Shown piece after piece: positions 57,068 to 64,000 of a stretch of DNA of 64,000 nt (the first letter of the stretch is position 1; every line of letters starts with the position of its first letter). The position numbers and the translations under genes are program-made. Under the pieces are notes generated by a model. The model did no database searches, was not told the origin of the DNA, and was given only the letters and a program-made list of their open reading frames with translations. Source of the stretch: Candidatus Latescibacterota bacterium (GTDB taxonomy: Bacteria > Krumholzibacteriota > Krumholzibacteriia > WVZY01); NCBI GenBank assembly GCA_963791045.1, contig CAWBQK010000017.1, positions 224,001 to 288,000 of the forward strand, in the 5' to 3' direction.

Positions 57068-58378
57068 ATGAAAGCGCCTGCCAGTGTAGCAATCGTCGGA
57101 CGTCCGAACGTGGGCAAATCGACGTTATTCAACCGGCTGACACGATCGCGGTCGGCGCTTGTTCATCCCGAGCCAGGGGTGACCCGGGATACTCAGCGGG
57201 GAAGCTGTGATTGGAATGGTATACCCTTCGAGGTGATCGATACGGGCGGTTTGTTCTCGGGTAAAGAGGATGATCTCGCGCTTGAAATCGAGCGCCGGGC
57301 CATGAATGAAGCGCTCAATGCGGACGCAATGATTTTTGTTACCGATTCCGGTTCCGGGATCACAACAGCGGACTACGAGGTCGCCGAAAAACTCCGTGAA
57401 GTGAAGGTGCCGATCATTCTCGCGGCGAACAAGTCAGAGAAGAAGAAAGACCTTCATGCGGCGAATGAATTTTTCGAGCTTGGGTTCCCGATCGTATGCG
57501 CGATAAGCGCTCTGCATGGAGACGGAGTGGGAGACCTGCTTGACGAACTCGTGTCGCACCTTCCAAAGCGGAAGGCGGCGAGCGTCAACAGGGATCTCAA
57601 GCTCGCGCTGGTGGGATGCCCGAACGTGGGCAAATCGAGTCTGATCAACCGTCTCGTTGGTTCCGATTCCGCGATTGTTGATCCGCGGCCTGGGACAACG
57701 CGCGACAGCATTGACACGCTTGTGAAATGGCACGGTCGGGATTTGGTGCTCGTCGATACGGCGGGGATCAAACGAAAAAACCGCACCAAAGACGGGTTGT
57801 CCGCGATCACCGCCTTGAAGAGCATCGATGCGATTTCGCGTGCGGAGATAATCGGTTTGGTTCTGGACGCGTCGAGAGAGATATCGAACCAGGACGTCAA
57901 AGTGGCGAGCTATGCCCACAAGGCGGGCAAAGGAATAATGATTTGCGTCAACAAGTGGGATCTGGTTGACAAGGAAACGGGCACGGCGGACACATTTGAA
58001 AAAAGAATCAGACGATCTCTTCGCTTTATCGGATACGCGCCGATGATGTTTGTCTCGGCCCTCGAAGGCCAGCGGGTGAGCAAAATATTCGACCTCGCGT
58101 GGCGGATAAAGGAATCCCGTGAGAACAGGGTAACGACCGGCGAGCTCAATCGTTACATTGAGGAGTTGATTTCCAGAACACCACCACCGGCGTACGGCGG
58201 TGGAAACGGACGGATTTATTACATCTCGCAGGTCGATACCGCGCCGCCGGTGTTCAACTTGTCGGTCAACAGGAGCGACTTCTTCAGCCGGTCGTATCTG
58301 AGATTTCTCAACAACAAGATTCGAGAAACTTACGGATTTGAGGGAACGGTAATCCGAATAAAACTCAGGGATCACTAG
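57068..58378 (+). CDS. der: Ribosome biogenesis GTPase Der
   Basis: Two GTPase domains: GRPNVGKS/DTGG and GCPNVGKS/DTAG/NKWD. Confidence 0.97.
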   Translation: MKAPASVAIVGRPNVGKSTLFNRLTRSRSALVHPEPGVTRDTQRGSCDWNGIPFEVIDTGGLFSGKEDDLALEIERRAMNEALNADAMIFVTDSGSGITTADYEVAEKLREVKVPIILAANKSEKKKDLHAANEFFELGFPIVCAISALHGDGVGDLLDELVSHLPKRKAASVNRDLKLALVGCPNVGKSSLINRLVGSDSAIVDPRPGTTRDSIDTLVKWHGRDLVLVDTAGIKRKNRTKDGLSAITALKSIDAISRAEIIGLVLDASREISNQDVKVASYAHKAGKGIMICVNKWDLVDKETGTADTFEKRIRRSLRFIGYAPMMFVSALEGQRVSKIFDLAWRIKESRENRVTTGELNRYIEELISRTPPPAYGGGNGRIYYISQVDTAPPVFNLSVNRSDFFSRSYLRFLNNKIRETYGFEGTVIRIKLRDH

Positions 58379-58381
58379 TCA

Positions 58382-59026
58382 ATGGGCCAGGGTTATTTCA
58401 TAGATCTGTCAGCCGTCGCACTGGTCGGTTATCTGGTGGGCGCGATTCCGTTCAGTTATCTGGCGGGAAAAGTGTTCGCTGGACTCGATCTAAGAGAGCA
58501 TGGCAGCGGCAACCTCGGAGCGACCAATTCGTTCCGTCTCCTTGGACCGAAGATAGCCATCGGGGTTCTGATAGGAGATGTGGCGAAGGGGTTCTTGCCG
58601 GTTTATTTTGCCGCCCAGATAGCGCCGGAGAATGTTGTGCCCACCAATTGGTTGATGCTCGTCGGAGCATTCTCTGCGGTTTTGGGCCACATGTTTTCGC
58701 CCTACGTGAAATTCAGCGGCGGAAAAGGTGTGGCGACGGCGACCGGGGCCTACCTGGCGCTCGCCCCCGCCGCCATTGGGATTTCGGCAGTAATTTTCTT
58801 TCTAGTATTTGCGGCAAAGAGGATCGTCTCGCTGGCGAGCATGGCCGGCGCCGTAACGCTGCCTGTCGCGATCTATGTTCTCGACTGGACGGGCGTGGTC
58901 CCATCGCACTCGTCGCTTTTTATCGTGTCGGTTCTCGTCGCGATTGTGATGCTTGGGAAACACCACAGCAATATAAAGAGGCTGCTTGCGGGCGAGGAAC
59001 CCGCGTTGCAAAGGACCAGGCGGTAA
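58382..59026 (+). CDS. plsY: Acyl-phosphate:glycerol-3-phosphate acyltransferase
   Basis: GSGNLGATN, DVAKG, GHMFS, GGKGVAT, HHSNIKRL. Confidence 0.96.
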   Translation: MGQGYFIDLSAVALVGYLVGAIPFSYLAGKVFAGLDLREHGSGNLGATNSFRLLGPKIAIGVLIGDVAKGFLPVYFAAQIAPENVVPTNWLMLVGAFSAVLGHMFSPYVKFSGGKGVATATGAYLALAPAAIGISAVIFFLVFAAKRIVSLASMAGAVTLPVAIYVLDWTGVVPSHSSLFIVSVLVAIVMLGKHHSNIKRLLAGEEPALQRTRR

Positions 59027-59030
59027 TTTG

Positions 59031-60083
59031 ATGTCGAACGATCTGAAAATATGTGTGCTGGGGGCGGGGAGCTGGGGGCTTACTCTGGGGCTCCTTCTGG
59101 CGGAGAATGGACACCGCGTGACGATGTGGGAGTTCAATCCTAAGTTTGCGGAGGAATTGAGGACGGCGAGAGAGAGTAAACAGTTTCTGCCGGGAGTTCG
59201 GATTCCACAGAGCATCCCGATCGAGACGGATCTGTCGTTGGCGCTCACCGGCGCGGATCTCGTCCTGTTCGTGGTCCCGAGCCACGGCGTGAGGGAAACG
59301 GCGCGGGCCGCGGCGCGCGTATTTGATTTCGACAAGGGAACGCTCGTTGTAAATGCCGCCAAAGGTCTTGAAGAAGGATCGCTAAAAAGAATGAGCGAAG
59401 TCCTCGACGATGAACTTCCCGTCGACGCCGATAGGATTCTTACGCTCGCGGGGCCGAGTCATGCCGAAGAAGTGAGCCGGCACATGCCGACCTCCGTGGT
59501 CGCGGCGGGGAGCGACGGCGATAATGCGCGCAAGATCCAGGAAGTGTTCTTTAGACCGTATTTTCGTGTGTACACCAACTCGGACATTATCGGGGTTGAG
59601 ACGGCCGTATCGATCAAGAACGTAATTGCGATCGCTGCCGGAGCGTGCGACGGACTCGGGTACGGCGACAATACGAAGGCGGCACTTCTCACGCGCGGCA
59701 TGGTGGAAATTACACGGCTCGGCGTGGCGCTTGGAGCCAGGCGTGAAACGTTTTTTGGTTTGGCGGGCATCGGCGATCTTATTGTGACGGCGCTGAGCCG
59801 CCACAGCCGAAACCGGCATGTCGGACAAAAGATCGGCGAAGGACAGAAGCTCGACGAAATCCTTTCCGAAATGGTGATGGTTGCCGAGGGCGTGCGAACA
59901 ACGAGGGCGGCCAACGAACTTGCAACAAAACTTGGTGTGGAAATGCCTATCACCCGGGGTGTATACGAGGTGTTGTTTGCCGGGGCGGATCCACGAGAGG
60001 GAATCAATCAGTTGATGAATCGTCCGCCGCAGGATGAAATGCGGTGGATGGAATCGAGCCAAACGAAAGGGGGGCGACAGTGA
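59031..60083 (+). CDS. gpsA: NAD(P)H-dependent glycerol-3-phosphate dehydrogenase
   Basis: [36 protein letters not shown]. Confidence 0.96.
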   Translation: MSNDLKICVLGAGSWGLTLGLLLAENGHRVTMWEFNPKFAEELRTARESKQFLPGVRIPQSIPIETDLSLALTGADLVLFVVPSHGVRETARAAARVFDFDKGTLVVNAAKGLEEGSLKRMSEVLDDELPVDADRILTLAGPSHAEEVSRHMPTSVVAAGSDGDNARKIQEVFFRPYFRVYTNSDIIGVETAVSIKNVIAIAAGACDGLGYGDNTKAALLTRGMVEITRLGVALGARRETFFGLAGIGDLIVTALSRHSRNRHVGQKIGEGQKLDEILSEMVMVAEGVRTTRAANELATKLGVEMPITRGVYEVLFAGADPREGINQLMNRPPQDEMRWMESSQTKGGRQ

Positions 60084-60478
60084 GGTACAAGACCGGTTCG
60101 GCCAAGATGTATTATTCGATCAGCGAAGTGGCTGATATGACCGGTGTCAAGGCCCACGTGCTCCGGTATTGGGAGACCGAATTCCCAAGCCTCCGGCCCA
60201 AAAAGAACCGGGCGGGGAATCGGAACTACCGTCCGAAAGACATCAAGGCCATTCTCGTGATTCGCGATCTTCTCTACAAAGAAGGATTCACGATCAGCGG
60301 CGCGCGAAAAAAACTACAGGAGCATTACGGGAATCCGGATCCTCTTATCAACCAGCTTCAGATCCCGTTTGCGGATCCGCAGGCGCGTCAGATTCTGACC
60401 ACCATAAAAAATGAACTGCAGGAGCTGCGGGATAAGGTTTCCGAATCAGTCGAAGAGAAAAAAGTCGATTCCGCTTGA
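60080..60478 (+). CDS. MerR-family HTH transcriptional regulator
   Basis: [38 protein letters not shown]. Confidence 0.92.
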   Translation: MRYKTGSAKMYYSISEVADMTGVKAHVLRYWETEFPSLRPKKNRAGNRNYRPKDIKAILVIRDLLYKEGFTISGARKKLQEHYGNPDPLINQLQIPFADPQARQILTTIKNELQELRDKVSESVEEKKVDSA

Positions 60479-60516
60479 AACAGCCTCGACCATGAATTAA
60501 AGTACCCGAATAAGGT

Positions 60517-60594
60517 CGGGGCGTGGCGCAGTCCGGTTAGCGCACTAGTCTGGGGGACTAGTGGTCGCTGGTTCAAATCCAGTCGCCCCGACCA
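60517..60594 (+). tRNA. tRNA-Pro (GGG)
   Basis: Acceptor CGGGGCG/CGCCCCG; anticodon arm CTAGT-CTGGGGG-ACTAG; GGTTCAAATCC T-arm; encoded CCA. Confidence 0.97.
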
Positions 60595-60653
60595 TTTTCG
60601 TTGACGCAGATCCCTCCCTCGGCGCCTGTCGAAGTTCGACCACCGATGTTCGA

Positions 60654-61505
60654 ATGATCAGTTACCTCTCTTATAACGTTGGCTCGTTTTTCGCCCGGCA
60701 TTTGCCGCCGCCGCTTTCCCAATCGATTACCAGGACGATAGGCCTCAATTTTTGCCGCCTTAGACCGGGGCTCCGTGAGAACGTCGCCCAAAACCTCCGC
60801 ATCGTTCTCGGAGATGAAGCGACGGATAGAGAGATCGACCGGCTGTCGAGAAATGTTTTTGTGAATTTCAGCCGAAGCATCTATTGTTTTCTGCGGCTGC
60901 CGCACATGCGTGATAGCGAACTGGCGCGCTGCTGCGATGTGAGTGAAGCGACGGAAATGGCCGCTGATTTCAGAGGCAATGGCGGCTTTGTGCTGGCCGG
61001 CCCGCATGTGGGCGCGTGGGAAATCGGCGGAGCGTGTCTGAGCGCGAGAGGAATCGGGATTCATACCGTGGCGTTCGAACATCCGTCGCGGGCGGTCACT
61101 CGTTTCTTCGAAGATCGTCGGAAGGGAATGGGTATCGCTTGCCACCCGATCGGAAAGTCATTCAACGTACTGGCGCAGGCGCTCGAACGGGGTAAGTGTG
61201 TCGCGCTCCTTGTGGATCGGGGCTCCGGGCGTGGCGAGAAGAAATACTCGTTGTTCGGCCATCGAATCGGACTTCCCAGCGGGCACGCGGCGCTTGCCGT
61301 CCGTTGTTCGGTTCCGATCGTCACTGCGGTTTGTGTTTTCGCTGGAGACGACAAGCTTAAACTCGAACTCAGAGGACCCTACTATCCGGACAGCTCGCTC
61401 GGCGACACGGCTGCCGTGGATGACTTAATCGAGAAATGTCGCCTCGACACCGAGGGGTTCATCAGGAAATATCCCGAGCAGTGGTTTAACTTTCGGCCAA
61501 TTTGA
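60654..61505 (+). CDS. Lipid A/phosphatidylinositol-mannoside-type lysophospholipid acyltransferase (LpxL/PatA-like)
   Basis: HVGAWE (HX4E), VALLVDR, FIRKYPEQW. Confidence 0.82.
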   Translation: MISYLSYNVGSFFARHLPPPLSQSITRTIGLNFCRLRPGLRENVAQNLRIVLGDEATDREIDRLSRNVFVNFSRSIYCFLRLPHMRDSELARCCDVSEATEMAADFRGNGGFVLAGPHVGAWEIGGACLSARGIGIHTVAFEHPSRAVTRFFEDRRKGMGIACHPIGKSFNVLAQALERGKCVALLVDRGSGRGEKKYSLFGHRIGLPSGHAALAVRCSVPIVTAVCVFAGDDKLKLELRGPYYPDSSLGDTAAVDDLIEKCRLDTEGFIRKYPEQWFNFRPI

Positions 61506-61518
61506 AGGCGGTGGGCGT

Positions 61519-62214
61519 TTGCAAAGCAACCTCCAGACAATTATCGATCAGACGGCTGTCGTGATCCCCGCGTTTAACGCGGAACGTTTCATTGCGGATG
61601 TTGTCCAACGCGTCTCGGAAATTGTTCCCAAGGAACGGGTCATCGTTGTAGATGACGGGTCGATGGACGAGACGGCGAATGCTGCGCGCAGCGCCGGCGC
61701 CGCGGTGCTTGATCATGAGGAGAACCAGGGGAAGGGAATGGCCCTACACACGGGGATACTCGAAGCGGCACGATTGGGTATGGAATTCGCCATCACACTC
61801 GATGCCGATGGACAACACAATCCCACGGAGATAAACGCTTTCGTCGAAAAGCAGGCCCAGACCGGCGCGGACATAATCGTCGGCGACCGCATGTCGGACA
61901 GGAAGGATATGCCCGGCATCCGGATTTTTGCCAATACCGCGACCTCATGGTTTTTGACCCTGAGAACGGGAACGCCGATCCCCGACTCCCAGAATGGTTA
62001 CAGAATGATCAGAACCTCCCTTTACAAAAGCCTCAAACTCAAAGCGAAAAGATACGATGCGGAGAGCGAGGTCCTCATCAGGGCGGCGAAGGCGGGCGCA
62101 AAGATCGAGTCGGTTCCAACCGAGACGATATATGGGACAGAGGTGAGCAGTGTCAATCCGGTCATCGATACACTTCGCTTTTTAAGGATGGCGGTAAAAA
62201 GTATATTTTGGTAG
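61519..62214 (+). CDS. GT2 family glycosyltransferase (DPM synthase-like)
   Basis: VIPAFN, VDDGSMD, NQGKG, TLDADGQH, DSQNGYR. Confidence 0.9.
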   Translation: MQSNLQTIIDQTAVVIPAFNAERFIADVVQRVSEIVPKERVIVVDDGSMDETANAARSAGAAVLDHEENQGKGMALHTGILEAARLGMEFAITLDADGQHNPTEINAFVEKQAQTGADIIVGDRMSDRKDMPGIRIFANTATSWFLTLRTGTPIPDSQNGYRMIRTSLYKSLKLKAKRYDAESEVLIRAAKAGAKIESVPTETIYGTEVSSVNPVIDTLRFLRMAVKSIFW

Positions 62215-62256
62215 TATCGCCGAATTCGTAAAAGAGGCCGGTTAATCCGCACTGGA

Positions 62257-63018
62257 ATGGACCAATTGAGCAAAACGCTGTTTATAACAAACGATGACGG
62301 GTACGACGCAAAGGGCATACAGATCCTGGCGGCAGCGCTCGAAGGGGCCGGGGATCTGTTCGTCGCCGCGCCGGCATCCGAACAGAGCGCGAGCAGTCAC
62401 TCGCTAACCGTGCGGCAGCGGATTGCCACGTCCAAAGTAAAAGAAAACCATTACAAAATCGCGGGTACTCCGACGGACAGCGTTCTTCTCGGTGTTCACG
62501 CGCTTCTCGGGCGCAAACCCGATCTCGTGATTTCAGGGATAAACCACGGCCCGAATATGGGTGAAGATGTTTCTTACAGTGGAACGGTGGCCGCTGCGAT
62601 TGAGGGTACGATGCTCGGTGTTCCGTCGCTGGCCTTGTCGTCGCTGCAGCGTTCTCTTTCGAGCGCGGATGAGATCGGAAGGATAGCGAGGGTCATTGTT
62701 GATGGAGCGCTTCGAATCGGGTTGCCGGAGAACTGCCTGCTCAATGTCAATATTCCGGATCCGGATGTTGCCCCGATAAAGGGTGTTCGCATCACCAAGC
62801 TGGGGTCGCGCGCCTACGACAATTTGCTGAAAGCGGAAAAAGGCGATGACGGGAATATCTATTACACAATAGGCGGTGACGATCCCGTGTGGAAGATCGA
62901 TGACGGCACCGATATTGCCGCGGTAAGGACGGGCTATGTGTCGGTCACTCCGCTTCACCTCGACATGACCGATTACAAGTCGATCGTGGAGATGGAGCAG
63001 TGGAGGATCGAACTGTGA
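62257..63018 (+). CDS. surE: 5'/3'-nucleotidase SurE
   Basis: TNDDG, GTPTD, SGINHGPNMG, YSGTV, VSVTPL. Confidence 0.96.
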   Translation: MDQLSKTLFITNDDGYDAKGIQILAAALEGAGDLFVAAPASEQSASSHSLTVRQRIATSKVKENHYKIAGTPTDSVLLGVHALLGRKPDLVISGINHGPNMGEDVSYSGTVAAAIEGTMLGVPSLALSSLQRSLSSADEIGRIARVIVDGALRIGLPENCLLNVNIPDPDVAPIKGVRITKLGSRAYDNLLKAEKGDDGNIYYTIGGDDPVWKIDDGTDIAAVRTGYVSVTPLHLDMTDYKSIVEMEQWRIEL

Positions 63019-63692
63019 CCCCCAACAACTACCACATCGCCCGCGAGAGGATGGTTCGAGAGCAGCTCGTGACGAACGGTATATCGAACCCAAAAGTTCT
63101 AGACGTGATGCTCAGGGTTCCGCGGCACCTCTTTCTCGACAGCGACCTGGGTCCTCAGGCCTACAGCGATCATTCGTTTCCGATAGGGTATTCGCAAACC
63201 ATGTCCCAGCCGTTTATGGTGGCTTACCTTTCCGAACAACTGTGTTTGACGGGAGAAGAAAAGATACTTGAGATCGGGACGGGATCCGGTTACCAGGCCG
63301 CCGTCCTCGCCAGTCTGGCGAAACATATCTATACGATCGAGAGGATAGGGCCGCTGGCCGAAAAAGCGAAAACCGCCTTGGAAAAACTCGCGATCTTCAA
63401 TGTCGAGATGGCCGTTGGCGACGGGAGTCACGGGTGGCCTGAATTCGGGCCTTTCGATCGAATATTAACGACGGCGGCCGCAACGGAAGTGCCGCATGCG
63501 TTGGTTATGCAACTCTGCGATGGTGGTGTATTTCTCGGGCCGGTTTTCAATGAGGCCGGGGAACAGGAGATCGTGAGGATGACGCGGCGCGGGGATGATT
63601 TCAAAATTGAACGGTTGCGGGAGTGCACATTCGTACCGCTCATCAGCGACGAGAATACTGAGGAACTTCAAAACGACGGGAATATTGTCTAA
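63015..63692 (+). CDS. pcm: Protein-L-isoaspartate O-methyltransferase
   Basis: VPRHLF, QTMSQP, LEIGTGSGYQAA, GDGSHG, FVPL; GTGA overlap with surE. Confidence 0.96.
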   Translation: MTPNNYHIARERMVREQLVTNGISNPKVLDVMLRVPRHLFLDSDLGPQAYSDHSFPIGYSQTMSQPFMVAYLSEQLCLTGEEKILEIGTGSGYQAAVLASLAKHIYTIERIGPLAEKAKTALEKLAIFNVEMAVGDGSHGWPEFGPFDRILTTAAATEVPHALVMQLCDGGVFLGPVFNEAGEQEIVRMTRRGDDFKIERLRECTFVPLISDENTEELQNDGNIV

Positions 63693-64000
63693 TGTCGGAA
63701 AAACTCGCCGCTCTCTTCTCGAGCTCTCCGCATTTACTTGTCACAATTATCCTGGCGATGGCGCCCGTGTCGGAACTCCGGGGCGCAATCCCGTACGCCA
63801 TCACTATTGGTAACATGCCCTGGCAGGAAGCATATATCATCGCGGTGATAGCGAACTTTATCCCCGTCATTCCGATCCTGATCCTTGTGGGTCCATTGTC
63901 TGAATACCTTCGGCGCTGGCGTTTGTTCGACCGCTTCTTCGTGTGGTTCTTCGCCCGTGCGCGGAGAAAGGGCAAGCTCATCCAGCGTTTTGAAGTGATC
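63692..64000 (+). CDS. Small multidrug export-like membrane protein (COG2426 type), partial
   Basis: Manual translation from the TAATG overlap: MSEKLAALF...LAMAPVSELRGAIPYAI...IANFIPVIPIL; runs off the window end. Confidence 0.8.
   Translation, partial: MSEKLAALFSSSPHLLVTIILAMAPVSELRGAIPYAITIGNMPWQEAYIIAVIANFIPVIPILILVGPLSEYLRRWRLFDRFFVWFFARARRKGKLIQRFEVI

Noticed and set aside
56167-60594. tRNA-anchored genomic island
   Set aside because: I saw no duplicated tRNA 3' end and no integrase; the genes between the tRNAs are mostly core (der, plsY, gpsA).
1-64000. CRISPR array, IS element, prophage or rRNA
   Set aside because: No regularly spaced repeats, transposase, phage genes or rRNA-like sequence were seen, and intergenic gaps are all under 400 bp.

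Overview
A dense, moderately GC-rich block of bacterial core chromosome with about 51 CDS and 2 tRNAs. All genes lie on the + strand except an MltD-like gene at the left edge and rpsT. Content: purN-purC-purH-guaA, two lytic transglycosylases, csp-secA, smg-topA-trmFO-xerC-hslV-hslU, dapF-dapA-dapB, a peptidase/PD40/Omp85 protein, proS, rpsT, xerD-scpA-scpB-rluB-hisC-cmk::plsC-rpsA-lapA-lapB, mutS-[GAF protein]-mutL-miaA-tRNA-Gly, and der-plsY-gpsA-merR-tRNA-Pro-acyltransferase-GT2-surE-pcm. The organism is a diderm. The SecA indel pattern and a FlgD/T9SS-CTD-like C-terminus suggest an FCB-superphylum lineage (Latescibacterota/Krumholzibacteriota-like); this is inference only. I found no CRISPR array, IS element or prophage. 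Most notable observations: (1) a 28-bp dif-like site just upstream of xerC; (2) a TPR / J-domain-TPR pair behind two tandem sigma54-type motifs, followed by a pseudo-PP2C-TM-PQQ-propeller protein; (3) a Rossmann-3xGAF-degenerate GGDEF protein with an intact RxxD I-site, sitting between mutS and mutL; (4) a four-cysteine insert in the SecA VAR region; (5) three frameshifts in proS and one in an Ig-like lipoprotein, probably sequence errors; (6) long acidic tails on ScpA, ScpB and S1. All calls come from motif recognition by eye; no database searches were run.
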